From contig LJUI01000030.1 of NCBI GenBank assembly GCA_001303705.1, positions 1 to 36,318 of the forward strand: DNA of 36,318 nt, written 5' to 3'. This DNA is from a candidate division TA06 bacterium SM23_40 (GTDB lineage Bacteria > LJUI01 > SM1-40). Positions 7,929-17,747 of the stretch are shown here, piece by piece. Positions within the stretch are counted from its first letter, which is position 1. The number at the start of each line of letters is the position of its first letter. Position numbers and translations under genes: made by a program. Under the pieces are notes generated by a model. That model was not told where the DNA came from and did not search any database. It saw only the letters and a list, made by a program, of their open reading frames with translations.

Positions 7929-10775
7929 GTGGCTTCAAACCGTGCCATCGTCGTTAAGGGTGCGAGAGAGCACAACCTCAAGAATATCGATGTGACGATC
8001 CCGCGAGACAAGCTCGTCGTCGTCACCGGGCTCTCCGGCTCCGGGAAGTCCTCTCTGGCCTTCGACACGATCTATGCCGAAGGCCAGCGGCGTTATGTAG
8101 AGTCGCTCAGTGCGTATGCTCGCCAGTTTCTGGGGGTGATGGAGAAGCCGGACGTCGACGCAATCGAGGGGCTGTCGCCGGCAATATCGATAGAGCAGCG
8201 AAAGGCCGCCCGAAACCCCCGATCTACGGTGGCGACAGTCACGGAGATCTACGACTATCTGCGGGTTCTGTTTGCGCGGATCGGCATCCCTCACTGCTAC
8301 AAATGCGGCCGTCTCATCGCCAGCCAGACGGTCAGTCAGATTGTCGATGCTGTGCTTTCTCTGGGAGAGGGAGCGAGGGTCCAGATTCTTGCACCACTCA
8401 TCAGAGGGCGGAAGGGCGAGCATCTTCGCGTGCTCCGACTGGCAAAGTCCCGCGGGTACGTGCGGGCCCGGATAGACGGCAAGGTGATCGATCTCGATGA
8501 GCTCCCGGCCCTCGACAAGAAGAAGGCGCATACCATCGAGCTGGTGATCGATCGGCTTGTCGTCAAGAACAAGGCGAAGCGCCGCCTTGCCGATTCGATC
8601 GAGACTGCACTCCGCGAGGGGGATGGTGTCATCATCATCGATCGCGGGCAGGCAGGCGAACAGGTCTATAGTGAACACTGTGCCTGCATCGAGTGCGGGA
8701 TCAGCTATGAGGAGCTTTCGCCCCGGATGTTCTCGTTCAACAGTCCGTATGGCGCATGCCCGACCTGCGGCGGGCTGGGGACCAGGCTGGAGATAGACCC
8801 CCAGCTCCTCATCGTCAACTCTGAGCTCTCGATCCTGGAGGGAGCGATCGGTCCGTGGGGGGAGCCGACGTCTCGCTGGCTCCTCACCCAGCTGGAGATG
8901 TTGCAGGAACGGCATGGTGTCGATCTCGATGCGCCGTACGGGAGTCTCGGCGAGGATGCCGAGCGGATCTTGCTGTACGGAACAGAGCCCGAGGGTGGAG
9001 CTGTGCCTGGAGAGGGGCGCGGCCGTGACGAAGAGAGATGGCGGTTTGAAGGAGCCATCCCCATGCTTATGCGTCGGTACCGTGATACACAATCGGATTG
9101 GGTCCGTCATGATATCGAGCGGTACATGAGTATACTCACCTGTCCGGCCTGCCGAGGTGCGCGGCTCCGGAAAGAGAGCCTGTCGGTTCGCGTCTGCGGG
9201 CTCTCGATCTCCGAGCTAGTCAGCATGTCGGTCAAGCGAGCGCACGCCTTCTTCTCCAGCGAGCTGGAGTTGAACGGGCGGGAGAAGGTAATCGGAGAAC
9301 AGGTGAAGGCAGAGATATCGGCGCGGCTGGGGTTCCTGGTCGACGTGGGCCTCGATTATCTGACGCTCGATCGGTCCACCGACTCTCTCTCCGGCGGGGA
9401 GGAGCAGCGCGTACGATTGGCAACGCAGATCGGCAGCGGGTTGACAGGTGTCCTGTACATCCTCGACGAGCCATCCATCGGGCTCCATCAGCGCGACAAT
9501 CGGCGCCTGCTCGATACCCTCACCCGGCTTCGCGATCTCGCCAATACAGTAGTCGTGGTCGAGCACGACCGTCAGATCATTTCTGCCGCTGATCACGTGA
9601 TCGATCTCGGACCGGGGGCGGGAGAGCTGGGTGGGCACGTCGTCGCCACCGGCACTCCGGCGGAGATTGCGGAAGAGAACGGGTCGCTCACCGGGGCGTA
9701 CCTGGCGAGGAGACGCTCGATCGAGACCCCCGGTCGGCTGCGGCGCCCGAAGAAGGGATGGCTGGTCGTCACGGGGGCAGCGGCGAATAACTTGAAGTCG
9801 ATCGACGTCCACATCCCGCTCGGGCTCTTCGTCTGCGTGACCGGTGTTTCGGGATCAGGAAAGAGCACTCTGGTCAACGACATACTCTATCGCGCACTTG
9901 CCCAGCGGTTCTACCGTTCACGCCGCCCTCCGGGGGCGTACGACCAGATCCTTGGGGTGGAGGAGATAGACAAGGTTATCAATATCGACCAGTCGCCCAT
10001 CGGGAGGACACCCCGGTCGAACCCGGCCACGTACACCGGCAGCTTCTCCTACATCCGCGAGCTCTTCGCTTCTGTACCGGAATCGAGGGTGCGCGGCTAT
10101 CGTCCCAGGCGGTTCAGTTTCAATCTCAAGGGCGGACGATGTGAGGCATGCGCAGGCGACGGGATCATCAAGATCGAAATGCACTTTCTTCCTGACGTCT
10201 ATGTGCTGTGTGAGTTGTGCAAAGGGAAACGTTTCAACCGCGAGACCCTCGAGATCACCTATAAGGGGAAGACGATCAGTGACGTGCTCGAGATGACGGC
10301 CGATGAGGCCATGCGGTTCTTCGGGGCGGTGCCGAAGATAAAGCGGAAGCTGAAACTCCTGGCCGATGTCGGACTCGGATACATCAAGCTGGGTCAGCCG
10401 GCGCCGACCCTGTCGGGCGGAGAAGCCCAGCGGATCAAGTTGGCCAAGGAACTGTCAAAGGTCGGCACTGGGAGTACACTCTACATTCTCGATGAGCCGA
10501 CGACCGGACTCCACTTCGAAGACGTGAAGATGCTCCTCAGGGTTCTCGACAGGCTGGTCGCAAAGGGCAACACGGTGCTCGTCATCGAGCACAATCTGGA
10601 CGTCATCAAGTGTGCCGATTGGGTTATCGACCTCGGGCCGGAGGGCGGGGACGACGGTGGTGATATTGTCGTCGCGGGACCGCCGCAGGAGATAGAGGAA
10701 TCGAGAACTTCCTATACCGGCGCTTATCTCCGTCGTGACCGAGAGGAGGAGCGTCTCTCTATGGCCAGCCCGTGA
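7929..10775 (+). CDS. uvrA: Excinuclease ABC subunit A
   Basis: [10 protein letters not shown], two Walker A motifs ([18 protein letters not shown]), [19 protein letters not shown], zinc fingers, LSGGEAQR. Start placed at GTG 7929 after GAGAGGA. Confidence 0.98.
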   Translation: MASNRAIVVKGAREHNLKNIDVTIPRDKLVVVTGLSGSGKSSLAFDTIYAEGQRRYVESLSAYARQFLGVMEKPDVDAIEGLSPAISIEQRKAARNPRSTVATVTEIYDYLRVLFARIGIPHCYKCGRLIASQTVSQIVDAVLSLGEGARVQILAPLIRGRKGEHLRVLRLAKSRGYVRARIDGKVIDLDELPALDKKKAHTIELVIDRLVVKNKAKRRLADSIETALREGDGVIIIDRGQAGEQVYSEHCACIECGISYEELSPRMFSFNSPYGACPTCGGLGTRLEIDPQLLIVNSELSILEGAIGPWGEPTSRWLLTQLEMLQERHGVDLDAPYGSLGEDAERILLYGTEPEGGAVPGEGRGRDEERWRFEGAIPMLMRRYRDTQSDWVRHDIERYMSILTCPACRGARLRKESLSVRVCGLSISELVSMSVKRAHAFFSSELELNGREKVIGEQVKAEISARLGFLVDVGLDYLTLDRSTDSLSGGEEQRVRLATQIGSGLTGVLYILDEPSIGLHQRDNRRLLDTLTRLRDLANTVVVVEHDRQIISAADHVIDLGPGAGELGGHVVATGTPAEIAEENGSLTGAYLARRRSIETPGRLRRPKKGWLVVTGAAANNLKSIDVHIPLGLFVCVTGVSGSGKSTLVNDILYRALAQRFYRSRRPPGAYDQILGVEEIDKVINIDQSPIGRTPRSNPATYTGSFSYIRELFASVPESRVRGYRPRRFSFNLKGGRCEACAGDGIIKIEMHFLPDVYVLCELCKGKRFNRETLEITYKGKTISDVLEMTADEAMRFFGAVPKIKRKLKLLADVGLGYIKLGQPAPTLSGGEAQRIKLAKELSKVGTGSTLYILDEPTTGLHFEDVKMLLRVLDRLVAKGNTVLVIEHNLDVIKCADWVIDLGPEGGDDGGDIVVAGPPQEIEESRTSYTGAYLRRDREEERLSMASP

Positions 10776-10787
10776 GGAGGAGGGAGT

Positions 10788-11891
10788 ATGGAAGAGAAAT
10801 CGCCCAGACGGACTCCTTTCTTCGAGAAGCACAAGGCGCTCGGGGCCAGAATCGTTGAGTTCGCGGGCTTCGAGATGCCGATCCAGTTCACGTCGATCAT
10901 CGAAGAGCATCGGGCGGGGCGGTCTAATGTCGGGATGTTCGATGTTTCCCACATGGGGGAGGTGACGATCCGTGGACCCGATGCTCTGGAGTTCGTGAAC
11001 TATGTGACTATTAACGATGCGGCTCAACTGGCGGTCGGTCAGGCGCAGTACTCAGCTCTCTGCTATGAAGATGGGGGGCTGGTTGACGATCTCGTGGTCT
11101 ATCGCCTCGTCGATCATTTCCTGTTCGTAGTCAATGCCGCGAACATCGAGAAGGATTACGACTGGATCGTCAGCAACCGGAGTGGAGATGTCGAGATAGA
11201 GAATAGCTCTTACGAGACGGGACAGCTCGCTGTTCAGGGTCCGAATGCCGAGTTGGTGATGCAGCGTGTAACAAATCTGAAACTCTCTGAGATACAGTTC
11301 TACTGGTCGGCTCAGGGGAAGGTCGGGGGCGTCGAAGCCCTCGTCTCGCGTACCGGCTATACGGGAGAGGATGGTTTTGAGATCTACATGGCGGCGGAAC
11401 ATGGTCCGCAGGTGTGGGATACCATCGTCGAGGCGGGGAAGGAGTTTTCGCTCAAGCCGGTCGGACTGGGGGCCAGAGATACGCTGAGGCTGGAAATGAA
11501 GTACAATCTCTATGGTAATGACATGGATGAGACGACGACTCCCCTCGAGGCCGGACTCAGCTGGATCACCAAGCTGGAAAAGGAGGAGTTCATCGGCCAG
11601 GAGGCCCTCAAGAAACAGAAAGAGGAAGGTGTCAAGCGACGCCTCATTGCGTTCGAGATGATGGGGAATGAGATCCCGCGCCCCGGATTCGACATCCTAG
11701 TCAACGGGGAAAAGGTGGGACATGTGACGAGCGGCACGTTTTCGCCTTCTCTCGAGAAGGGCATCGGCCTGGGGTATGTCGCTCGGCCCCATACTAAGTC
11801 AGGCACTGAGCTCACAATTGTCGTGCGGGGAGAACCGGCATCGGCCGCGATCGTGAAGCCTCCGTTCTATAAACATGGAACTCACCATTAG
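10788..11891 (+). CDS. gcvT: Glycine cleavage system aminomethyltransferase T
   Basis: FAGFEMPIQF, FDVSHMGE, SRTGYTGEDGFE, GLGARDTLRLE, C-terminal PPFY. Confidence 0.97.
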   Translation: MEEKSPRRTPFFEKHKALGARIVEFAGFEMPIQFTSIIEEHRAGRSNVGMFDVSHMGEVTIRGPDALEFVNYVTINDAAQLAVGQAQYSALCYEDGGLVDDLVVYRLVDHFLFVVNAANIEKDYDWIVSNRSGDVEIENSSYETGQLAVQGPNAELVMQRVTNLKLSEIQFYWSAQGKVGGVEALVSRTGYTGEDGFEIYMAAEHGPQVWDTIVEAGKEFSLKPVGLGARDTLRLEMKYNLYGNDMDETTTPLEAGLSWITKLEKEEFIGQEALKKQKEEGVKRRLIAFEMMGNEIPRPGFDILVNGEKVGHVTSGTFSPSLEKGIGLGYVARPHTKSGTELTIVVRGEPASAAIVKPPFYKHGTHH

Positions 11892-11952
11892 GGGAGCGAG
11901 GACGTGCGACCACACACACTCGAAATGACAGGCACACGGATGGAGGACTGAC

Positions 11953-13299
11953 GTGAGTTACATACCGAATACCGACCGCGACCGAGAGGAGATGCTGAAG
12001 GCGATCGGGGTGGGCGACTTCGAGGCCCTCATTGAGCACGTACCGGAGGGTATCAGGCTCGATCGGTTGCTTGATCTGCCGGCCCCTCTCTCCGAGATCG
12101 AGGTGCTGAAGCTTCTCGAACAGATGTCGGACCAGAACGGTGCGGCAGGCCTCGTCTCCTTTGCCGGTGCCGGTGCTTATGACCATTTCATTCCCAGTGT
12201 CGTCGATCACCTCATCTCGCGCTCGGAGTTCTACACCGCGTACACGCCCTATCAGTGTGAAGTAAGCCAGGGGACGCTCCAGGCGATCTATGAGTTTCAG
12301 AGCCTCATTGCTGAACTGACCGAGATGGACGTGGCGAATGCCTCGCTCTATGATAAAGGCTCAGGACTCGCTGAAGCGGTTCACCTCTGTCGGGCTGCCG
12401 CCCGGCGGCCCGAGGTCGTCGTCTCCGAGTCGATCCATCCCCACTATCTCGTGATCATCGAGACGTACTGCCGGGGGATCGATGTCCCGATCAGGCGCAT
12501 CCCCGCTCCTGAGGGGGTGACCGATCTCGACCAGCTGCGGGGAGCGATCGGGGATGAGACTGCCTGTGTTGTCGTCCAGCATCCCAATTTCTTCGGCTGT
12601 CTCGAACCGGCAGCTGCTGTGGGCGAGCTTGCGCACGCGGCCGGTGCGCTGCTCGTCGTCGGAGTCGATCCCATCTCGTTGGGGACCCTCGTGCCGCCCG
12701 GGCAATATGGATGCGATGTTGCCGTCGGTGAAGGTCAGGCTCTTGGCATTCCTCAGAGCTTCGGTGGGCCGTATCTCGGCTTATTTGCCACGCGTCGTGA
12801 TCTCATCCGGCTTCTCCCCGGGAGGCTTGTGGGAGCGACGACCGACACCGAGGGGACGAAGGGCTATGTCCTCACCCTTCAGACCAGAGAGCAGCACATC
12901 CGGCGCGAACGGGCAACCTCGAACATCTGCACGAACCAGGCGTTGTGTGCTCTCGCCGCCACCATCTACCTCTCACTCCTCGGAAAGCAGGGGATGAGGA
13001 AGGTGAGTGAACTCTGCCTCCAGAAGAGCCACTATCTCATCGAACAGTTGACGCAGATAGCCGGGGTGGAACGTCGGTTCGATATTCCGTTCTTCAAAGA
13101 GTGTGCAGTGAAACTGCCCGGGCCCGCGTCGGATCTGATTGATCGTCTCCTCGAGCGCGGGTATCTGGCCGGGGTAGATCTCGGGGGGTTCCGGGACGAT
13201 CTTGCTGACACTCTTCTCGTCGCCGTAACAGAGAAGCGGACGAAGGAAGAGATGGATCGGTTCGCGAAGGATTTCGACGAAGCTGTGCGTGGGGGGTAG
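11953..13299 (+). CDS. gcvPA: Glycine dehydrogenase (decarboxylating) subunit 1
   Basis: MSYIPNT..DR.EML, EFYTAYTPYQ.EVSQGTLQAIYEFQ, LQTREQHIRRERATSNICTNQAL, VAVTEKRT; 448 aa. Confidence 0.96.
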   Translation: MSYIPNTDRDREEMLKAIGVGDFEALIEHVPEGIRLDRLLDLPAPLSEIEVLKLLEQMSDQNGAAGLVSFAGAGAYDHFIPSVVDHLISRSEFYTAYTPYQCEVSQGTLQAIYEFQSLIAELTEMDVANASLYDKGSGLAEAVHLCRAAARRPEVVVSESIHPHYLVIIETYCRGIDVPIRRIPAPEGVTDLDQLRGAIGDETACVVVQHPNFFGCLEPAAAVGELAHAAGALLVVGVDPISLGTLVPPGQYGCDVAVGEGQALGIPQSFGGPYLGLFATRRDLIRLLPGRLVGATTDTEGTKGYVLTLQTREQHIRRERATSNICTNQALCALAATIYLSLLGKQGMRKVSELCLQKSHYLIEQLTQIAGVERRFDIPFFKECAVKLPGPASDLIDRLLERGYLAGVDLGGFRDDLADTLLVAVTEKRTKEEMDRFAKDFDEAVRGG

Positions 13300-13307
13300 T
13301 CCTTCCT

Positions 13308-14237
13308 ATGAAGCCAGCGTTCATCTATTCACCCAAGTATCGCGTCGACATCGGCTCGCACGTCTTTCCTATCGCGAAGTATGATCTGGTCGCAGATCGC
13401 TTGATAGAGCTGGGACTCGCCTCGCGGAGCGACCTGCTCGATCCGCCATCACCATCCCGGGAGGATCTGCTCGCCGTCCACACGCTCACCTACCTCGAGG
13501 ACCTCGATGAACTTCGATGGACAGAGCGGACGTGTCGCTCCGAGCTCCCCCTGACACGTGAGATCGTCGATGGATTCATGCTTGCCGCAGGAGGGACCAT
13601 TCTCACATGTGTCGAGGCGATGAAGAGAGGTGCAGCAGTGCATATCGGTGGAGGCCTCCACCACGCCTTCGCCGATCATGCCGAGGGATTCTGCTATGTG
13701 AATGATGTTGCCGTCGGAATACGGGGCCTCCAGCGGACCAATGCCGCCTCTCACGTCCTCGTCGTCGATTGTGATCTCCATCAGGGTAACGGGACGGCAC
13801 ACATCTTCCGCCACGACCCGTCGGTGTACACGTTTTCCATGCATCAGGAGAATAACTACCCGCTCAAGGAAGAGAGCGATCTCGACATCGGACTGGCTGA
13901 TGGGACCAACGACGAGGAGTACCTGTCGCGGCTGAATGAAGTTCTGCCACGCCTCTTCGATACACATCTGCCTGAGCTGGTTGTCTATCTTGCAGGCGCT
14001 GATCCATACTGCGGAGATCAATTGGGAGGACTCGACCTGTCGATCGAGGGGTTGCGTCGGCGCGACGAGCTGGTACTGGGAGAGTCGAAAGTCCGTGGCC
14101 TGCCGGTGGCAATCCTGCTGGCGGGAGGATACGCCTGGGACACGCAGGATACCGTCGAAATCCATATCAACACCTGCAGGACCGCGCTCGATCTGTTCGC
14201 CGCCAAGCCGACAGTCCCGGGGGGCGAGTCAGGATGA
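13308..14237 (+). CDS. Zn-dependent histone deacetylase family protein
   Basis: HVFP..KY, GGGLHHA, GFC, DCDLHQGNGT, AGADP..D and AGGY are all present. Confidence 0.93.
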   Translation: MKPAFIYSPKYRVDIGSHVFPIAKYDLVADRLIELGLASRSDLLDPPSPSREDLLAVHTLTYLEDLDELRWTERTCRSELPLTREIVDGFMLAAGGTILTCVEAMKRGAAVHIGGGLHHAFADHAEGFCYVNDVAVGIRGLQRTNAASHVLVVDCDLHQGNGTAHIFRHDPSVYTFSMHQENNYPLKEESDLDIGLADGTNDEEYLSRLNEVLPRLFDTHLPELVVYLAGADPYCGDQLGGLDLSIEGLRRRDELVLGESKVRGLPVAILLAGGYAWDTQDTVEIHINTCRTALDLFAAKPTVPGGESG

Positions 14238-16147
14238 AGAATCGGGAGCTAGCAGCCGTCTTCGATCAGATCGGAGATGCTCTCGAGTTCAAGGGAGAGA
14301 GCGTCTTCAAGGTAAATGCCTACCGGAAGGCTGCCCGTGTACTGCGGGAACTCTCCGAAGATGTCGCCGTGCTGCACGACGAAGGGAGGCTGAGGAAGGT
14401 CTCCGGCATCGGCGAGGGGATCGCCAAGAAGATCGAAGAATATCTCAGGACCGGAGCGATGAAGAAGCAACAGGATGCGATGGAGGGGATTCCCGACGGT
14501 CTCCTCGATCTGCTCCGGATTCAGGGGCTGGGCCCGAAGACACTGGCGCTCGTCCATCGAGAGCTCGATGTGAAGGGCCTCGACGACCTCAAGCACGTGC
14601 TCGACAACGGCAGTCTGGCGCAGCTTCCCGGATTGGGGGCGAAACGGGCTCAGTTGCTCAAGCGTGGTATCGAGCTCTTCGAACGGTCGCGTGAGAGGAT
14701 CCCCCTGGGCAGGGCTGCGCCGCTCGTCGAGCGAGTCATCAAGGAGCTCTCCGAAGAGGGAGGCATCGTCGACATCTCACCGGCGGGATCGCTGCGCCGG
14801 ATGCGCGAGACCGTGGGCGACATCGACATCCTCGTCTGCTCCCGGGCCGGTGCGGAGGTTATTGACCGATTCACCCATCTCCCTCTCGTTTCGGACGTGC
14901 TCGCGGCAGGCGCGACCAAGGCCTCCATCCGCACTGAGGAAGGAATCCAGGTCGATCTCAGGGTCGTCGATCGCAGCTCGTACGGTGCCGCACTCCAGTA
15001 TTTCACCGGTTCGAAGGCACACAATATCCGGCTCCGGGAGATGGCCAAGGCCAGGGGACTGAAGGTGAGCGAGTACGGGGTGTTTGAGGTCGGCGACGGA
15101 GAGGAGGTGCGGATTGCGGGGAAGACAGAGAAGGAGGTCTATCGGAAGCTCGGCCTTCCGTTGATACCGCCTGAGCTTCGCGAAGACAGGGGTGAGATCG
15201 AGGCTGCCCTGAAGAAGCAGCTGCCGGAACTCATCGACGAGGGTTCGATAGTCGGGGATCTTCACGTCCATTCCCAATACAGCGATGGAGAGGGCAGCCT
15301 GAGCGATCTCGCCACGGCAGCCCGCAGGTTGGGCTACTCCTATCTAGCGATCTGTGATCACTCGCAGTCGGTCTACTACGCGGGCGGGCTCTCCATCGAG
15401 AAACTCGAGGAACAGATCGCTGAGGTGCGGAAGCTGAATCGGCGCCTGAAGGGCGTGCGGTTGCTTGCCGGCTGTGAGGTCGACATCCTTGCCGACGGCA
15501 GCCTCGATGTGCCCGATGAGGTACTTGCACGGCTCGATTTCGTCGTCGCCTCCCTCCACACCGTGTTCAGGAAGCGAGCGACCGACCGCATGATCGAGGC
15601 AGTGCGTCATCCGCTCGTCGATACAATCGGTCACCCCACTGGGAGGCTCCTCTCCGGACGCGAGGGGTACGACGTCGATATCGAGGCTGTGATGCGTGAG
15701 GCGGCGGCCACCGGCACGGCACTCGAGATCAACGCGTACTACGATAGGCTCGACCTATCCGACATCCACGCGCGGCGGGCCAAGGAGTTGGGTGTCGTGC
15801 TCTCCCTCGGGACCGACAGCCACTGGCTGGAGGATCTCTCGATGATGCGGTTCGGGGTCGCGGTCGCCCGGCGTGCCTGGCTGGGCCCGGAAGATGTGGT
15901 TAATGCATGGCCGGCGGAGAAGATCGCCTCGTGGAGGGGATCCCGTCCCAAATCGCGCGGGTCGCACAAGCCGCGAACGCCGGTTACGTCACGTAAGTCT
16001 GGCGGGTCTGGCGCGTCGGTCCGGTCTCGCGCCTCGAGAAAGTCGCGCTCCTCGCGTCCGCCACGGACATCGCGCGGGTCACGGACTTCCCGCGGATCAC
16101 GGACTTCGCGCGCATCACAGAGGGCACGCAGATCGCAGAAGAGGTGA
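14234..16147 (+). CDS. polX: DNA polymerase X with PHP domain and an extra basic C-terminal tail
   Basis: HhH motifs (GIGEGIA, GLGPKT), GSLRR..ETVGDIDIL, QVDLR, YFTGSKAHN; PHP motifs DLHVHS, DHS, GHPTGR, GTDSH. Confidence 0.95.
   Translation: MKNRELAAVFDQIGDALEFKGESVFKVNAYRKAARVLRELSEDVAVLHDEGRLRKVSGIGEGIAKKIEEYLRTGAMKKQQDAMEGIPDGLLDLLRIQGLGPKTLALVHRELDVKGLDDLKHVLDNGSLAQLPGLGAKRAQLLKRGIELFERSRERIPLGRAAPLVERVIKELSEEGGIVDISPAGSLRRMRETVGDIDILVCSRAGAEVIDRFTHLPLVSDVLAAGATKASIRTEEGIQVDLRVVDRSSYGAALQYFTGSKAHNIRLREMAKARGLKVSEYGVFEVGDGEEVRIAGKTEKEVYRKLGLPLIPPELREDRGEIEAALKKQLPELIDEGSIVGDLHVHSQYSDGEGSLSDLATAARRLGYSYLAICDHSQSVYYAGGLSIEKLEEQIAEVRKLNRRLKGVRLLAGCEVDILADGSLDVPDEVLARLDFVVASLHTVFRKRATDRMIEAVRHPLVDTIGHPTGRLLSGREGYDVDIEAVMREAAATGTALEINAYYDRLDLSDIHARRAKELGVVLSLGTDSHWLEDLSMMRFGVAVARRAWLGPEDVVNAWPAEKIASWRGSRPKSRGSHKPRTPVTSRKSGGSGASVRSRASRKSRSSRPPRTSRGSRTSRGSRTSRASQRARRSQKR
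16062..16133 (+). repeat. 18-bp coding tandem repeat (3-4 copies) encoding SRTSRG-like units
   Basis: cacggacatcgcgcgggt / cacggacttcccgcggat / cacggacttcgcgcgcat / cacagagggcacgcagat. Confidence 0.8.
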
Positions 16148-16156
16148 CGACCAGGG

Positions 16157-17263
16157 GTGATGAGTACGCACTCAACCGTCTTCGGCGAGGTCGATTCGCC
16201 GCGCCATGAGGCAGACCTGTATGATCGCCTCGAGAACCGTCGCGTCCAGTGCAACGTCTGCCTCCGGCGCTGCATTGTCGCCGATGGGCGCGCCGGGTAC
16301 TGTTTTACGCGCCGCAACGAAGGCGGGAGGATGGTCACGCTCATCTACGGCGCAGTCTCTACCTGGTCCGTCGCACCGATTGAGATCAAGCCGCTGTACC
16401 ACTTCTATCCCGGATCGCATGCCCTGTCTTTCGGATCATTCGGGTGTAACTTCCGCTGTATTGGTTGCCAGAACTGGGAGATCGCCCATGTTGGGCCGAC
16501 CAGGTTGGGAGTCAAGGAGCGGCGGGTCACGCTTGATCGCGCGGTCCGGATCTCTCCCGCCCAGAGCGTGGAGATGGCGCTGCGGCACGGATGTCAGGGT
16601 CTCTCCTGGACCTACAATGAGCCGGCGCTCTGGCTCGAATATGCCACTGAGGCTGCGCGACTGGCAAAGCGGCGCGGCCTGTACACGAACTTCGTCACCA
16701 ACGGGGCCCTCACCCCGGAGGCGCTCGACTACATAGGACCTTCTCTGGACGGCTTTCGTGTCGATCTGAAAGGGTCTCGTTCACATACGTATCGTCGGCT
16801 GGCGAACTTCCGCGCCCTCGACGAATTGCTCGAGACGATCGAGCGTGCCCATCGGATGTGGAAAATGCACGTCGAGGTAGTGACAAATGTCACTCCCGGG
16901 TACAACGATAGTAAGGAGGAACTGCACGGTATCGCCAGGTTTATCGCCACGAGGCTGGGGCCTGATGTCCCATGGCACGTTACGCGGTTCGTTCCCCACC
17001 TCCGCCTCAGCCACCTGCCGTTGACGCCCGTGGGAACGCTGGAAGTGGCATGTGAGATCGGCCGTCGCGAGGGCCTCAAGTACGTGTACATCGGGAATGT
17101 CTCCGGCCACCCGGCCAACCATACCTATTGTCCCGAGTGCGGTCACCGCGTCATCGAACGGAGAGTTCATGGTGTCGTCAGCATATCGCTCGTCAAGGGA
17201 CGATGTCCTGCGTGCGGGACGTCGATCCCGATCATCGGCCTCTCGCCAATGGACGTCGCGTGA
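16157..17263 (+). CDS. amrS: AmmeMemoRadiSam system radical SAM enzyme
   Basis: N-terminal CNVCLRRC...GYC, PIEIKPLYHFYPGS, CNFRCIGCQNWEI, TYNEP, YVYIGNV, C-terminal CPEC...CPAC. Confidence 0.9.
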   Translation: MMSTHSTVFGEVDSPRHEADLYDRLENRRVQCNVCLRRCIVADGRAGYCFTRRNEGGRMVTLIYGAVSTWSVAPIEIKPLYHFYPGSHALSFGSFGCNFRCIGCQNWEIAHVGPTRLGVKERRVTLDRAVRISPAQSVEMALRHGCQGLSWTYNEPALWLEYATEAARLAKRRGLYTNFVTNGALTPEALDYIGPSLDGFRVDLKGSRSHTYRRLANFRALDELLETIERAHRMWKMHVEVVTNVTPGYNDSKEELHGIARFIATRLGPDVPWHVTRFVPHLRLSHLPLTPVGTLEVACEIGRREGLKYVYIGNVSGHPANHTYCPECGHRVIERRVHGVVSISLVKGRCPACGTSIPIIGLSPMDVA

Positions 17264-17709
17264 TGAATGTAGTCTACTCCCTGGGGACGAGTACTCGTTC
17301 GTTCGACGAGTTCGCCCGGATCCTGGCGACATATGGGATAGAGACCGTCGTCGATGTGAGACGTTTCCCGACGAGCAAGTACGATCACTTCCGTATAGAC
17401 CAGTTCTCTCGACTCCTCGCGGATCGAGGGGTCGAGTATATCTATCTCGGCGAATCGTTGGGGGGGTACCGGAAGGGGGGGTATCGCGACTACGCGTGTT
17501 CCGTTGAGTTCAGGCGTGGCGTCGAGCAGCTCGGGCAACTCGCGTCTGAGCGCACGACGGCCATCGTCTGCGCGGAGTTGCTCCCCTGGCGATGCCATCG
17601 GCGGTACATCTCTCGGGCCCTGGAGACCCGGGGGTGGCGTGTGATCCATCTCCTCGATGAGCGCCGCGCCTACCGGCAGGAGGGCGACGGCTGGAGGGCT
17701 GTGGGATGA
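17263..17709 (+). CDS. DUF488 family protein
   Basis: ATG 17263 overlaps the amrS stop (TGATG). Motifs YSLGTSTRS..EF, VDVRRFPTS, LGGYR, CAE..PWRCHR. Confidence 0.88.
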   Translation: MNVVYSLGTSTRSFDEFARILATYGIETVVDVRRFPTSKYDHFRIDQFSRLLADRGVEYIYLGESLGGYRKGGYRDYACSVEFRRGVEQLGQLASERTTAIVCAELLPWRCHRRYISRALETRGWRVIHLLDERRAYRQEGDGWRAVG

Positions 17710-17747
17710 AGCTCGGACGTTTCAGCAACTGTTCAAAGGAGTGACCG

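Noticed and set aside
10776-10787. Glycine riboswitch upstream of gcvT
   Set aside because: Only 12 nt separate uvrA and gcvT, and no aptamer motif is visible.
17706-17747. Short ORF with an in-frame TGA before the M23 gene (readthrough or Sec)
   Set aside because: AAGGAG directly serves GTG 17748, and there is no redox motif or evident SECIS.
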